A stretch of DNA of 64,000 bases from positions 75,186-139,185 of the forward strand of contig DATKZX010000008.1 of the NCBI GenBank assembly GCA_035527755.1, in the 5' to 3' direction. This document shows positions 20,911-30,841 of this stretch, piece after piece. The notes under the pieces were generated by a model, which was given only the letters and a program-made list of their open reading frames with translations, searched no databases and had not been told where the DNA came from. A program made the translations under genes and the position numbers. Source of the DNA: Methanomassiliicoccales archaeon. GTDB taxonomy: Archaea; Thermoplasmatota; Thermoplasmata; Methanomassiliicoccales; UBA472. Numbering within the stretch: the first letter of the stretch is position 1; each line of letters begins with the position of its first letter.

Positions 20911-21615
20911 ATGGCTCATAGTATGATTTTTGAGCTCGAAACAGGGCCGCGTCTGTTTCTAAATGGTAGGGAGATAATGGATGCGGAGTATTACCGCACA
21001 CTCTCCGCGGTTCGCTCCGCAGGGGTACATGAGGCGGAAGTCCTGTTGGGGGTATCGTCCACCACCGTTCGACGGCGGTTGCGAAAATTGGAGGAACGAC
21101 TGGGTCAGCCAGTCGTCGAGAACGGTCAGATCAATCAGACTGGATCGGACCTTCTCAAGCAGATGGAAGATCGGACCAGTCAGCTGGAAGAACAACTGGT
21201 CAACCTTTGGCGCAAGCCTACGCTGACCTGTGATGGATTGGTCATTTCCAATAATAAAATATTACTTGTGCGCCGCGGTAAAGAACCGTTCAAAGGGACC
21301 TACGCTCTGCCTGGAGGTATTGTGGAGTACGGGGAGAGCACCGAGCATTGCGTGGTACGTGAGGTGGGGGAGGAGACCGGTCTACGCACCGAGGTAGTAG
21401 GTTTACTGGAGGTTTCCTCGGTCCCGGGCCGCGATCCCCGTGGCCATTTCATTTCTCTGCTTTATGAGCTGAAGGTCGTCGGCGGCGAGCTAGCAGGAGG
21501 TGATGATGCGGACTCGGCCGAGCTTTTCCCGCTGGATGAGCTACCTCCCCTGGCCTTTGACCACGGACAGCTTATAAAGGAAGCTCTGGAGAAAGTAACG
21601 CAACATTCTTTATAA
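20911..21615 (+). CDS. fusion protein: N-terminal ModE/LysR-like HTH domain plus C-terminal Nudix hydrolase
   Basis: Residues about 13-80 (PRLFLNGREI...LLGVSSTTVRRRLRKLEERLGQPVVE) look like a ModE-type wHTH. Residues about 105-234 carry an intact Nudix box, GGIVEYGESTEHCVVREVGEETGL. Confidence 0.7.
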   Translation: MAHSMIFELETGPRLFLNGREIMDAEYYRTLSAVRSAGVHEAEVLLGVSSTTVRRRLRKLEERLGQPVVENGQINQTGSDLLKQMEDRTSQLEEQLVNLWRKPTLTCDGLVISNNKILLVRRGKEPFKGTYALPGGIVEYGESTEHCVVREVGEETGLRTEVVGLLEVSSVPGRDPRGHFISLLYELKVVGGELAGGDDADSAELFPLDELPPLAFDHGQLIKEALEKVTQHSL

Positions 21616-21639
21616 TCGCCTGGATGAATATAGAGAACG

Positions 21640-22083
21640 ATGGGGCAGGACGACCTGGACCAGACCATCCTTCGTATCTTACAGGACAATGGTAAGATCA
21701 GCATTGAAGAGATAGCCGATATGCTGGGCCGTTCACCCTCGACCGTCCGGGACAGGATCCGACGAATGGAGGACGAACGATTGATTTTGGGATATTCTGC
21801 CATCGTAGACCTGGAACAATTGGGGGTGGACGCCGAGGCGGTGGTCTTCGCCGAGATCGACATCGGGTTGGAGGGCAAGGCCATCAGCGCTCTTTTGTCC
21901 ATGAGTAGTGTCAGCGAGGTCATGAAGGTGACCGGGGAGCCGCGCCTTATGTTCCGGGTAAGGGCTTCCGATCGCAAGGAATTGTTGAGGTATCTGGATA
22001 AGAACATACGTCCTTTGGGTTTCCGGCGTCTGGATGTAAGACTTGTTCTGGACCGCACTGTGAGATACCCCGGTTTCGTTTGA
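21640..22083 (+). CDS. Lrp/AsnC-family transcriptional regulator
   Basis: 147-aa ORF. HTH (LDQTILRILQDNGKISIEEIADMLGRSPSTVRDRIRRME) followed by a RAM/ACT-like C-terminal domain. Confidence 0.85.
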   Translation: MGQDDLDQTILRILQDNGKISIEEIADMLGRSPSTVRDRIRRMEDERLILGYSAIVDLEQLGVDAEAVVFAEIDIGLEGKAISALLSMSSVSEVMKVTGEPRLMFRVRASDRKELLRYLDKNIRPLGFRRLDVRLVLDRTVRYPGFV

Positions 22084-22124
22084 TGGCATTGTCTTAATTA
22101 TTTGGCATTTTGTAACCTCACCAG

Positions 22125-23399
22125 ATGCAGACCGCCACACTATTGGCCTTGCTTATCTTCCTGTTCACATATTCCCTGATATCGATACGCAGGGTCAGGG
22201 GCGTGAGCATCGACAGACCGGCGGCAGCTCTCTTCGGAGCGGCATTGATGATCATCTTCGGTCTATTGCCAGTGGAACAGGTCCTGGGAGCGATCGATCT
22301 GAACATCATCGCTCTACTGCTGGGAATGATGATCATCGTCTCTTGCTTGGAGATAACCGGCCTGTTCGAGCGAATGTCCTACCTCATAGTAAGTAAATGC
22401 CGGGACCAGTTCACCCTCTTATGGGTGATGATGGGCATCACCGCATTGCTGTCGGCGCTCATCCTGAACGATACCGTAGTGCTGATGCTCACTCCCATAG
22501 TCATCAAGGTCTGTCGTTCCATAGAGACCAATCCAGTGCCATTCCTGATCGGTGAGGCCTTGGCGGCGAACATAGGGAGCGTGGCCACGGGGGTGGGGAA
22601 TCCTCAGAACGCCTATATCGTCATTCAGTCGGGGATCACCTTCCCCGACTTCGCATTGGCCTTGACGCCTTTGGCGGTCATATCATTGATTATCGCGGTG
22701 CTTACGGTGGCCTTGGTCTTTAGGAAGAACGTTTTCGATGGGAAAATAGGGGAACCCAGGGTCATCGACCGCACCCTATCTCTGAAAGGGGTGGCCAAGC
22801 CGAAATTGGAAGCCCCGTTCTTTTTGGTGATGCTCGTCCTCATCGCGGTGTTCATCGGTTTCGTCATCTCCCCCTGGTTGAAAGCCCCCATATCCATCAT
22901 CGCCTTCGTGGGGGGATGTTTCCTGATGTTGTCACTGCCTCTGATAAAGAAGGACACCGGTACGACCCTGATACTGCGCGGCGTCGACTGGACGCTTCTT
23001 TTATTCTTTGTCGGTCTTTTCATTCTGCTCAAGGGGGTGGAGACATCCGGGCTGATGACGCTCCTGCTCGATTCCTTCGAGGGCATAGGTGCGGGCGTAG
23101 CGGGGGTGACCGGGCTGACGATCGTTTCCGCGGTGCTCTCAAATTTGATCAGCAATGTACCTGCGGTCATGCTGCTGGCCCCGACGATCCCGGCGGGCAA
23201 TGACACCTTGTGGTTAACGTTGGCTTCCAGCTCCACACTGGCCGGCAACGCCACCATCCTGGGGGCTGCGGCCAATATCCTAGTCGTGGAGAAGGGATTG
23301 GGGATGGGGGTAGAGGTTCGTCTTTGGGACTTCGTCAAGGCAGGGGTCCCAGTGACCCTGATCACCCTGCTGGTGTCCATTCTCCTTCTGGGAATATGA
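22125..23399 (+). CDS. ArsB/NhaD-superfamily (citrate-transporter-like) anion permease
   Basis: 424-aa polytopic membrane protein with two homologous halves. Motifs LSALILNDT and LSNLISNVP are typical of this permease superfamily. Confidence 0.65.
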   Translation: MQTATLLALLIFLFTYSLISIRRVRGVSIDRPAAALFGAALMIIFGLLPVEQVLGAIDLNIIALLLGMMIIVSCLEITGLFERMSYLIVSKCRDQFTLLWVMMGITALLSALILNDTVVLMLTPIVIKVCRSIETNPVPFLIGEALAANIGSVATGVGNPQNAYIVIQSGITFPDFALALTPLAVISLIIAVLTVALVFRKNVFDGKIGEPRVIDRTLSLKGVAKPKLEAPFFLVMLVLIAVFIGFVISPWLKAPISIIAFVGGCFLMLSLPLIKKDTGTTLILRGVDWTLLLFFVGLFILLKGVETSGLMTLLLDSFEGIGAGVAGVTGLTIVSAVLSNLISNVPAVMLLAPTIPAGNDTLWLTLASSSTLAGNATILGAAANILVVEKGLGMGVEVRLWDFVKAGVPVTLITLLVSILLLGI

Positions 23400-23462
23400 A
23401 AATCAGGAAAAAGGTTTGGAAAAAGGTGAGAGTTGTCAGATGGTCGCTCTCATCATGGAGGT

Positions 23463-24170
23463 CTATATCTTCTTGGTGCAGAACCACCAATCGTAACAAT
23501 CCTTGCCCTTACCGACGTTCTTCTTCCTCTCCATAGCGGTCTTATAGTCGCTGGGTGGAGGAATGATCACCCGGTCGTGCAGGAAATCGTTGTTAGGCCA
23601 GTTCTCCGGGGCGGCCACATGGTTCTTGTCGGTGAACTGCAGTGCCTTCAAGGCCCGCAGCACCTCGTCGATGCTCCTTCCGACCTCCTGAGGGTAGTAG
23701 ATGATCAGGCGTATCTTTCCGGTGGGGTCAATGATGAACACGGCACGTACGGTGTTCATACCGCGGCTAGGATGCACCATGCCCAATCTTATGGCCACCT
23801 TTCCTATGTCATCAGCGATGATGGGGAAGGGGATCTTGACGTTCATGTTTTCCTCGATCCACTCCACCCATTTGATGTGGGAGAAGACCTGGTCAATGGA
23901 CAGGCCGATCAACTTAGCCCCGACATCCTCAAAATCGCAGTTCTTCTTGGCGAAGGCTATGAACTCCGTGGTGCACACCGGGGTAAAGTCTGCCGGATGG
24001 CTGAACAGGATCATCCATTTGCCAGCGAAATCCTTGGGGATGTTCATCATTCCATGAGTGGTCTTGACCACCATGTCAGGGAGCGGATCCCCGATCAGGG
24101 GCATCCCTCCACTAAATTCTTCTTCCATTTCGCACATTGATATCACTGATTGTAATACCCACCCCCGCAT
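23463..24170 (-). CDS. peroxiredoxin (Prx6/1-Cys-like AhpC/TSA family)
   Basis: GDPLPDM...[19 protein letters not shown] active-site motif. The true start is probably internal (M12, M15 or M23 of the track ORF). TAG stop. Confidence 0.88.
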   Translation of the reverse strand: MRGWVLQSVISMCEMEEEFSGGMPLIGDPLPDMVVKTTHGMMNIPKDFAGKWMILFSHPADFTPVCTTEFIAFAKKNCDFEDVGAKLIGLSIDQVFSHIKWVEWIEENMNVKIPFPIIADDIGKVAIRLGMVHPSRGMNTVRAVFIIDPTGKIRLIIYYPQEVGRSIDEVLRALKALQFTDKNHVAAPENWPNNDFLHDRVIIPPPSDYKTAMERKKNVGKGKDCYDWWFCTKKI

Positions 24171-24330
24171 TATTTAATGATTATTTTCGGTCCACTGATA
24201 TGAAAAACGAACCCAGTATCCTTTTTCCGGTACACTTCGACACGTCATTCTAATAATTTATCCTATTTGGGTCATGCTAATCCTATAATGGAAATAAATT
24301 TCAAATATGCAAACATCCATTGGATAAATC

Positions 24331-24777
24331 ATGACACTAGCCACTGACCTTTCGCTGGCATTCATCGTCATCGGGGTGCTAATGCTCCTAGTGGAGCTCA
24401 GCTCACCTGGGTCGTTCCTATTGGTGCCGGCCACTGTGCTCTTGGCATTAGGGGGCATAGGGCTACTGTTCCCTGACCTGTTACTGACATGGTGGTCCCC
24501 CTTGGCGGCAATTATCATAGTTGTCCCGACCACGTTGTTGACCATCAAGCTCTATCAGCGATTAGCTCCGCCTGCACCGCCGCAGACCACAGTAGCGACG
24601 TCGCTGATAGGCATGCGGGGCATTGTAGAGGTCGAGGTGAACCCCGACACACTTCGGGGGAAGGTCCGCATATCCAATGCCATCTGGAGCGCCACCTCTG
24701 ATCGTACCATCATGGTCGGCAAGAGCGTCAAAGTAGTTCGGAGCGAGGGAGTCCACGTTACGGTGGAAGAGGTCTAA
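24331..24777 (+). CDS. NfeD-family membrane protein (partner of SPFH protein)
   Basis: 148 aa: 3-4 N-terminal transmembrane helices plus a C-terminal OB-like soluble domain (GIVEVEV...GKVRISNAIWSA). Immediately upstream of a band-7 gene, the usual operon arrangement. Confidence 0.75.
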   Translation: MTLATDLSLAFIVIGVLMLLVELSSPGSFLLVPATVLLALGGIGLLFPDLLLTWWSPLAAIIIVVPTTLLTIKLYQRLAPPAPPQTTVATSLIGMRGIVEVEVNPDTLRGKVRISNAIWSATSDRTIMVGKSVKVVRSEGVHVTVEEV

Positions 24778-24802
24778 TGATCAAATTAACGAGGAGATAA
24801 TC

Positions 24803-25891
24803 ATGGCAATAGGTCCTGAAATATTGGGTTTGTTGATGTTGGCAATTATAGCGGCCATCGTCATAGTGGTAAATGGAGTGAAGATCATCCGGCCTTACGA
24901 GCAGGCCATTTACATCAGATTGGGAAGTTATATCAAGATACTCAATCCCGGGTTCAATTATGTAGCACCGCTGATAAACGAGACGGTCAAGATCGATCTC
25001 AGAACAATGGTGCTGGACGTTCCTCGTCAGGAGGTCATCACCAAGGATAACTCGCCGGTGAACGTTGACGCCATCATCTATGTGAAGGTGGTAGATCCCA
25101 AGAAAGCCTTCTTCGAGGTCACCGACTACCGGTTAGCCACCGTATATCTGGCACAGACCACCCTTAGGTCCATCATAGGTGACATGGACCTAGATGAGAT
25201 ACTCTCAAATCGTGAGAAGATCAATCTGAAGCTCAGGGACATCTTGGACGAAGCCACCGATCAATGGGGTGTCAAGGTGGAAGCGGTGGAGATCAGGGAG
25301 ATCGACCCTGCCCCGAAGGTCAAACAGGCCATGGAGGAGCAGACCTCCGCCGAGCGACTGAGGAGGGCGGCCATATTGAAGGCTGATGGTGCCAAGACCG
25401 CCGCCATCCTGAACGCCGAAGGTGAGAAGCGCTCCCGTGTTCTGCAAGCCGAGGGTCTGCGGCAGTCCAAGATCCTTGAGGCAGAAGGTGAGCGGTTGGC
25501 CATCATTCTGGAAAGCCAAGGTGAGGCTCAGAAGCTCAGGATATTAAGCGTGGGCGCCAGCACATTGGACGCCAAGGCTCTGACGGTCCTATCATTGGAG
25601 GCGGTCAAGAAGCTGGGGGAGGGGCAGGCCACCAAGATCGTGCTGCCTTTCGAGATCACCAGGCTGGTGGAGGGCATCTCCGAATACATTGGCGGGTCCA
25701 AGAAGGTGCCGGAGCGCGAGATATCCAAGATGGAGGACATAGAGAGGTCTATCGGCACGGCGGAGCACATGTTAGGTCCGATCCCCACTCAAGAGGAGCT
25801 TCGCATGGACCAAAAGAAACTGGAAGAGGACATGGCCAAAGACCGTCGGGAAGCCGAGAAAATAAAGGCCCAGAGCCGATCCAGTGGCTGA
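24803..25891 (+). CDS. SPFH/band-7 (stomatin/prohibitin-like) protein
   Basis: N-terminal transmembrane helix, SPFH core (VKIIRPYEQAIYIRLG...TKDNSPVNVDAIIYVKV) and a long coiled-coil with Ala/Glu repeats. Confidence 0.88.
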   Translation: MAIGPEILGLLMLAIIAAIVIVVNGVKIIRPYEQAIYIRLGSYIKILNPGFNYVAPLINETVKIDLRTMVLDVPRQEVITKDNSPVNVDAIIYVKVVDPKKAFFEVTDYRLATVYLAQTTLRSIIGDMDLDEILSNREKINLKLRDILDEATDQWGVKVEAVEIREIDPAPKVKQAMEEQTSAERLRRAAILKADGAKTAAILNAEGEKRSRVLQAEGLRQSKILEAEGERLAIILESQGEAQKLRILSVGASTLDAKALTVLSLEAVKKLGEGQATKIVLPFEITRLVEGISEYIGGSKKVPEREISKMEDIERSIGTAEHMLGPIPTQEELRMDQKKLEEDMAKDRREAEKIKAQSRSSG

Positions 25892-25962
25892 ACCTCTTTC
25901 AAACCATTTCCTTTTTTTAATTTTTATAACACGAAGGGTTCCCGTTGGATAATAATATCCGA

Positions 25963-27639
25963 CTAGGGTCGGTGTCGCTGCACTTGACGGAAGATGATGT
26001 AACCACACACAATGATCGCGACCATCATGATCGGCATCAGATATATCCAATCCCAGCCCTGGTCCAGGGATCTGATGTCGATGGCGTAAAGGGTGGTCAG
26101 GGCGACGAGCTCGGCTTGATCCTGTAGCTGGTCCTTGTTGATCCAATCCGTGTCCTGGACCCCCGATATGGAATCGGATGGGGTGTGAATGTGACCACGT
26201 ATGGATCCGGTCGAACTTTCATATATGGTGATGGGGTAGGAACAGAACAGCATGGAGCTCACGACCCCCTGTACACCATGGAGGTCCAGGTCCTCTTGCC
26301 AATACCAATTATAGGTCTCGGCGACACCAGCGGGGTTCAGGAAGGAAGAGTGATCCGAACCAGTGATGTCCTCCACCACATATGAGCTGTTCAACTGTTG
26401 CGCCGCAATATCTGCCAGTGAACTTAGGTCAAAGTCCCCTGAAGGACCCGGGTCCGTTACCTGCAAGGTCTGAGAACCGATGCAGTCCACTATGAGGGCC
26501 GAAACAATATCGGCCATTTCATCACGGTGGGCGTTCACATAATTGATGGAACCGGCCAAACCAAGCTCCTCACCCGCAAAGGCAATGATCCGAAGACCAT
26601 GCTGCATTTCAAATTTCCCGGAATCCATGGCCTGCTGGACCATCCTGCCTATCTCCAACAACGTAGCTACGCTTGCGGAATTGTCGATGTAGCCTTCACA
26701 CATGACCGTGTCGTAATGAGCTCCCAGAATAACGTACTGGCTCGAGCCGGAGGATGATGGAATGTCCGCGATGATGTTGCGATGCTGACCTTCTGTGATC
26801 CGCGATCGTATCTCGATACTCACCCGGAGCTCGGAATTGTTATGGGCAAGTTCTTTCAACATATGTCCCTGGGTATAATTGAGCGAACCTACGGCGATGT
26901 TCAGGTCCCAGAACACCGGGCCAACGATACCGAGGGGCCTCCCTCCGGTGGACGACTGGGAGTACTCCTCGGCGTAGCTCATCCAAGAATACCAATAGAA
27001 GAATATGATAGCTACCGGAGGTTCGGACTCCAACTTCTCCTTGAACACCTGTTCCCAATTAGGTGACCATCGGACCTCTCTTCCCATCATAAGGACCTTT
27101 CCGGTGGTGTTGATGGAATTCCAGGTGTCCCTGTCGATGGGCATTCCCCCGACCTCTGAGGAATAACTGATATGTGGCAGGGGTAGAGTGACCAATTCGT
27201 AAAGGGCCCCATCAACGGGGGTGGGCATACTATACCCATCGGCATTGAACGACTCCAATTCCAACGCGTCTTCGGTAGTAGATATGTTTCCGTCAATGTC
27301 GTAGAACATGGTCGGTGAAGATAATAGGTTCCAGATAGGCAGATCAAAGCTCTCTTCATGAACCTGCAGACCGTAATCCTGGAACTGGTCTCTGATGAGG
27401 TCGGCGGCCTCGTTCGCTCCCTCCGACCCGCTCACGCGATACGCGTTATGGCTAGACGAGATCGTGCACAATCGTTCGGTCTGATCGATGACGTTCTGAC
27501 CATCCCAGCTTTCGAGTATCTCCGAGGTGATATCCACTGGATCACCAGCAGCTGTCCGACTTGACAACGATAAGCCCAGTCCTGACGAGAACACCAGTAA
27601 TGAAGCCATCAATAAGGCTGGTAGGCATCTTCCATCCAT
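25963..27639 (-). CDS. secreted/membrane-anchored M28-family aminopeptidase
   Basis: Signal peptide, Zn-ligand regions ILGAHYDTV and FAGEELGLAGS, and a C-terminal transmembrane anchor (WIYLMPIMMVAIIVCGYIIF). TAG stop. Confidence 0.75.
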   Translation of the reverse strand: MDGRCLPALLMASLLVFSSGLGLSLSSRTAAGDPVDITSEILESWDGQNVIDQTERLCTISSSHNAYRVSGSEGANEAADLIRDQFQDYGLQVHEESFDLPIWNLLSSPTMFYDIDGNISTTEDALELESFNADGYSMPTPVDGALYELVTLPLPHISYSSEVGGMPIDRDTWNSINTTGKVLMMGREVRWSPNWEQVFKEKLESEPPVAIIFFYWYSWMSYAEEYSQSSTGGRPLGIVGPVFWDLNIAVGSLNYTQGHMLKELAHNNSELRVSIEIRSRITEGQHRNIIADIPSSSGSSQYVILGAHYDTVMCEGYIDNSASVATLLEIGRMVQQAMDSGKFEMQHGLRIIAFAGEELGLAGSINYVNAHRDEMADIVSALIVDCIGSQTLQVTDPGPSGDFDLSSLADIAAQQLNSSYVVEDITGSDHSSFLNPAGVAETYNWYWQEDLDLHGVQGVVSSMLFCSYPITIYESSTGSIRGHIHTPSDSISGVQDTDWINKDQLQDQAELVALTTLYAIDIRSLDQGWDWIYLMPIMMVAIIVCGYIIFRQVQRHRP

Positions 27640-27768
27640 GGGATCATATTTTCATTATTTGTGCGCTATATTACAATATTGAACGATAGCTGCGTCCGAT
27701 TCAATTTATCATATGACCATCGGTACCCGATAAAAATATAATATGGGTGGTGAGGGGGACCATTCTCG

Positions 27769-28752
27769 TCACTTCATTTTTCCTTCTGGGATCTTGATCG
27801 AGAATACGCAGCTATCGTCCCCGGCAAGTACGCTTTTCAGTACGTCCACTTCAACTGGCTCATCGAATATGACATCCCAAGGTAACTTGGTGAAGCCCGC
27901 GCTGCAATAGCAGAACGATGAGGATATCTTTGGCATACCCTTCTTGATCGCCGATCTGACCAGGGGACAATGGCAGTAATGATATCTGCGTAATTGGGGG
28001 TTCCTTTCGGTGTAAAACCGCTTGGGATCAAAAGGTACCTTTTCGCAGATTATACGGTCACCTTTGCGGATGCCGGTCTGCAACCTCTGGTCGGAGACAA
28101 CGTGGTCCACGAACTCTTTGGTGACCTCCTGCTCATACCAGACCTTGCCCGTCCGGAGGCAGTCCTTTAGCTCCTTGACCAGATCCTGATGCTCTTTGAT
28201 CAGGAACTCGTCCAGGGAGGAAGCCTCTTCGAACCTGGCCTTCTTTCCCGAAAACGATTCTTTTGGTATCTCATGATAGTTCCAAGTGAGTACGGACCGG
28301 CATTGATCGGGAGTTAGCTCGTTCTCCATGCGCTCTATTATCCGGTGGGTCAGATGAGGATATTCTTCGGGAGGTGTTCCGAGGGGCGGTTTATCGAACC
28401 CGAAGAACACCGCCTCCTTGCGGCTCTCTCCCATCATCTCTCCCATCCTCCTCTCCATCAATGGGAGGATGTCATAGGAGTTCAGGATGGTGGCTAAGTG
28501 GATGAAAAGGTCTGGTCTGTCACAGAAGGCGCAATATCTGGCCACAGCTACGAGATTATCAGGAGAATTCTCACCCTTTTCGATCAGCTGGGCTAGAAAA
28601 TCGTTCATGAGATCGATTTCACAGTCATCGATGCAGTGATCAAAGGAATCGATGTATCTCTCGAAATCCTTGACGTTTGTGACCATTGCCCCGATCCGAC
28701 CTGCCTCGACCTTCTTCCCCTTGAGATATTCCTCGTACCCTTCTTTGACCAT
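27769..28752 (-). CDS. hypothetical protein with C-terminal Cys/His-rich putative metal-binding domain
   Basis: 327-aa ORF, no family recognised with confidence. Helical N-terminal part carries CxxxC and CxxC. The C-terminus carries YHYCHC...(20)...FCYCSAGF...(36)...GDDSCVF. Confidence 0.6.
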   Translation of the reverse strand: MVKEGYEEYLKGKKVEAGRIGAMVTNVKDFERYIDSFDHCIDDCEIDLMNDFLAQLIEKGENSPDNLVAVARYCAFCDRPDLFIHLATILNSYDILPLMERRMGEMMGESRKEAVFFGFDKPPLGTPPEEYPHLTHRIIERMENELTPDQCRSVLTWNYHEIPKESFSGKKARFEEASSLDEFLIKEHQDLVKELKDCLRTGKVWYEQEVTKEFVDHVVSDQRLQTGIRKGDRIICEKVPFDPKRFYTERNPQLRRYHYCHCPLVRSAIKKGMPKISSSFCYCSAGFTKLPWDVIFDEPVEVDVLKSVLAGDDSCVFSIKIPEGKMK

Positions 28753-29036
28753 TTATACCCTGGAGAGTGTATCGTCCTACTGGGGAATATCATTTGGCAT
28801 TCTCCGTTGATAAGCAAAATTTGGAAATGGTGGATGATCGAAGGTGGATCGTTCAGTTTTATAATGGGTTATTACCCCTGTTATGTTTCTAATGCATCGC
28901 TCCCTTTGGTCATCGCGACAGAGGTCCGCGCCTCTAACAGATAAGATCGTGATGAAAAATCGCTATGGGCCACTCTGCCTACAATGAACGATCTCGTTCC
29001 CACAGATCCACTTGGATAAGGATCTTAAGAAAAAAG

Positions 29037-29110
29037 TGGACGGGCCGGGATTTGAACCCGGGACTTCCTGCTTGCAAAGCAGGCGATCTTCCGAGCTGAT
29101 CTACCCGCCC
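29037..29110 (-). tRNA. tRNA-Ala (anticodon UGC)
   Basis: GGGCGGGTAGATCAGCTCGGAAGATCGCCTGCTTTGCAAGCAGGAAGTCCCGGGTTCAAATCCCGGCCCGTCCA folds as a full cloverleaf. G3:U70 Ala identity pair present. CCA is not encoded. A T-run follows, and a TATA-like TTTTATTTATATTT lies about 25 nt upstream. Confidence 0.93.
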
Positions 29111-29153
29111 AGTGTGGCCGCATAAATGAAATATAAATAAAAAGGTTTCGTGC

Positions 29154-30800
29154 TCAGCGGCATATCGCACCGTTGGAGGCCCCACCGACCATACGGCGGT
29201 ATTTTGCCAGCACCCCGGTAGGATGCCTATCGACCAGCTTCACCTTGGCCAGGCGTTTTTCGATCTCTCCTTCCGGGACCAATAGTTCGATCTTTCGCCC
29301 GGGGATATCTATGGAGATACGGTCACCATTCTGGATGGCGGCGATCGGTCCTCTGTCAAAAGCCTCCGGGCAGACATGTCCGATACACGGTCCCCTGGTG
29401 GCCCCCGAGAAGCGTCCATCGGTGATGAGCGCCACTGAATCTGACAGACCCATTCCAGCAATGAGACTGGTGGGGGAGAGCATCTCAGGCATGCCTGGTC
29501 CTCCTTTCGGTCCTTCGTATCTGATGACGACCACATCGCCTGCCTCGATCTTCCTAGCGGAGATGGCGGCGTGTGCGTCCTGCTCGGAATCAAAGACCTT
29601 GGCCTTACCGACGAAGGTCATCATCTCCGGGGAGACAGCGGCCTGTTTCACAACCGAGCCTTCCGGAGCTATGTTACCGTAGAGGACCGCTATGCCCCCT
29701 TCCTTGTGGAACGGGCGTGAGAGTGGCCGGATGATCTCCTCATCAGTTATTATGGCTCTATCTGCGACCTCCCTGATGCTGATCCCGTTGACCGTCATCT
29801 CGTCGTATAGCTCGTTCCGCAAACGCTTAAGCATGCCGGGGACACCGCCGGCCTTATCAAAGTCCTTGATGTAATATGGGCCGCTCGGTTTGATACTGGT
29901 AAGATGAGGGACGTTCCTGGATATCTCATCGAAATCCTTAAGGTGGACCTCCAGGCCGAAATCCGCAGCAATGGCCGGTATGTGCAGGGCAGTATTGCTT
30001 GAACCCCCGATGGCCATGTCCAGAATGATGGCGTTCATCATGGACCCCTTTCTTACGATCTTGCGGGCGTTCATTCCTTCTTTTACAAGTTGCACTATTC
30101 TTCTGCCGGTCTCCCTGGCCAACTCTTTCTTTCGAGGATCGGTGGCCAGCATGCTGCCGCAACCGCTGATGCTCATGCCCATGGCCTCGGTCAGGCATGC
30201 CATGGTGTTGGCCGTGAAAAGTCCGGAACAGGCTCCCTTTCCCGGGCAGGCGCAACGTTCGATCCTTAGGACCTCCTCTTCGGCCATCTTCCCTGCCTTG
30301 TTGGCACCCAAGGCTTCGAACACGCTCTGTAGGTCGAGCGGGCGGCCATCCATCTCCCCTGGCTCCATGGCCCCACCGGTAAGAATAATGGCTGGCAGGT
30401 CCATTCTTCCGGCAGCCATCAACATGCCAGGGGTGATCTTGTCACAGTTTGTGACACCGACCCAGCCGTCCATGCAATGAGCCTGCACCATGATCTCCAC
30501 GCAGTCGGAGATAACATCGCGAGAGACCAGAGAATAGCGCATTCCCGAGTGTCCCATGGCCACTCCGTCGCATACGCCGGGTACTCCGAAGGTCAGGGGT
30601 ACCCCTCCCGCCTCGATGATACCTTGGCGGACCTCTTCGGCCAGTTCATTAAGGTGGATGTGACCTGGAACTACGTCGTTCCAGGAGTTGGCGATACCGA
30701 TGAGCGGTTTCTCCATATCTTCATCGGTCAGACCGGTGGCTCGCAATAGGCTGCGCTGTGGGGCCCGGTCCACCCCTTTCTTGACCGCATCGCTACGCAT
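29154..30800 (-). CDS. ilvD: dihydroxy-acid dehydratase
   Basis: 548-aa ORF: [23 protein letters not shown]..., [26 protein letters not shown]. Confidence 0.92.
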   Translation of the reverse strand: MRSDAVKKGVDRAPQRSLLRATGLTDEDMEKPLIGIANSWNDVVPGHIHLNELAEEVRQGIIEAGGVPLTFGVPGVCDGVAMGHSGMRYSLVSRDVISDCVEIMVQAHCMDGWVGVTNCDKITPGMLMAAGRMDLPAIILTGGAMEPGEMDGRPLDLQSVFEALGANKAGKMAEEEVLRIERCACPGKGACSGLFTANTMACLTEAMGMSISGCGSMLATDPRKKELARETGRRIVQLVKEGMNARKIVRKGSMMNAIILDMAIGGSSNTALHIPAIAADFGLEVHLKDFDEISRNVPHLTSIKPSGPYYIKDFDKAGGVPGMLKRLRNELYDEMTVNGISIREVADRAIITDEEIIRPLSRPFHKEGGIAVLYGNIAPEGSVVKQAAVSPEMMTFVGKAKVFDSEQDAHAAISARKIEAGDVVVIRYEGPKGGPGMPEMLSPTSLIAGMGLSDSVALITDGRFSGATRGPCIGHVCPEAFDRGPIAAIQNGDRISIDIPGRKIELLVPEGEIEKRLAKVKLVDRHPTGVLAKYRRMVGGASNGAICR

Positions 30801-30841
30801 CGGCCTTGGGTATGCTCAACCGGATAAAATAAGTTCTCGGC

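Noticed and set aside
23433-24140. 235-aa plus-strand ORF mirroring the peroxiredoxin gene almost exactly in length
   Set aside because: The minus strand carries the diagnostic [15 protein letters not shown] motif. The plus-strand product is His/Gly/Leu/Val-rich junk.
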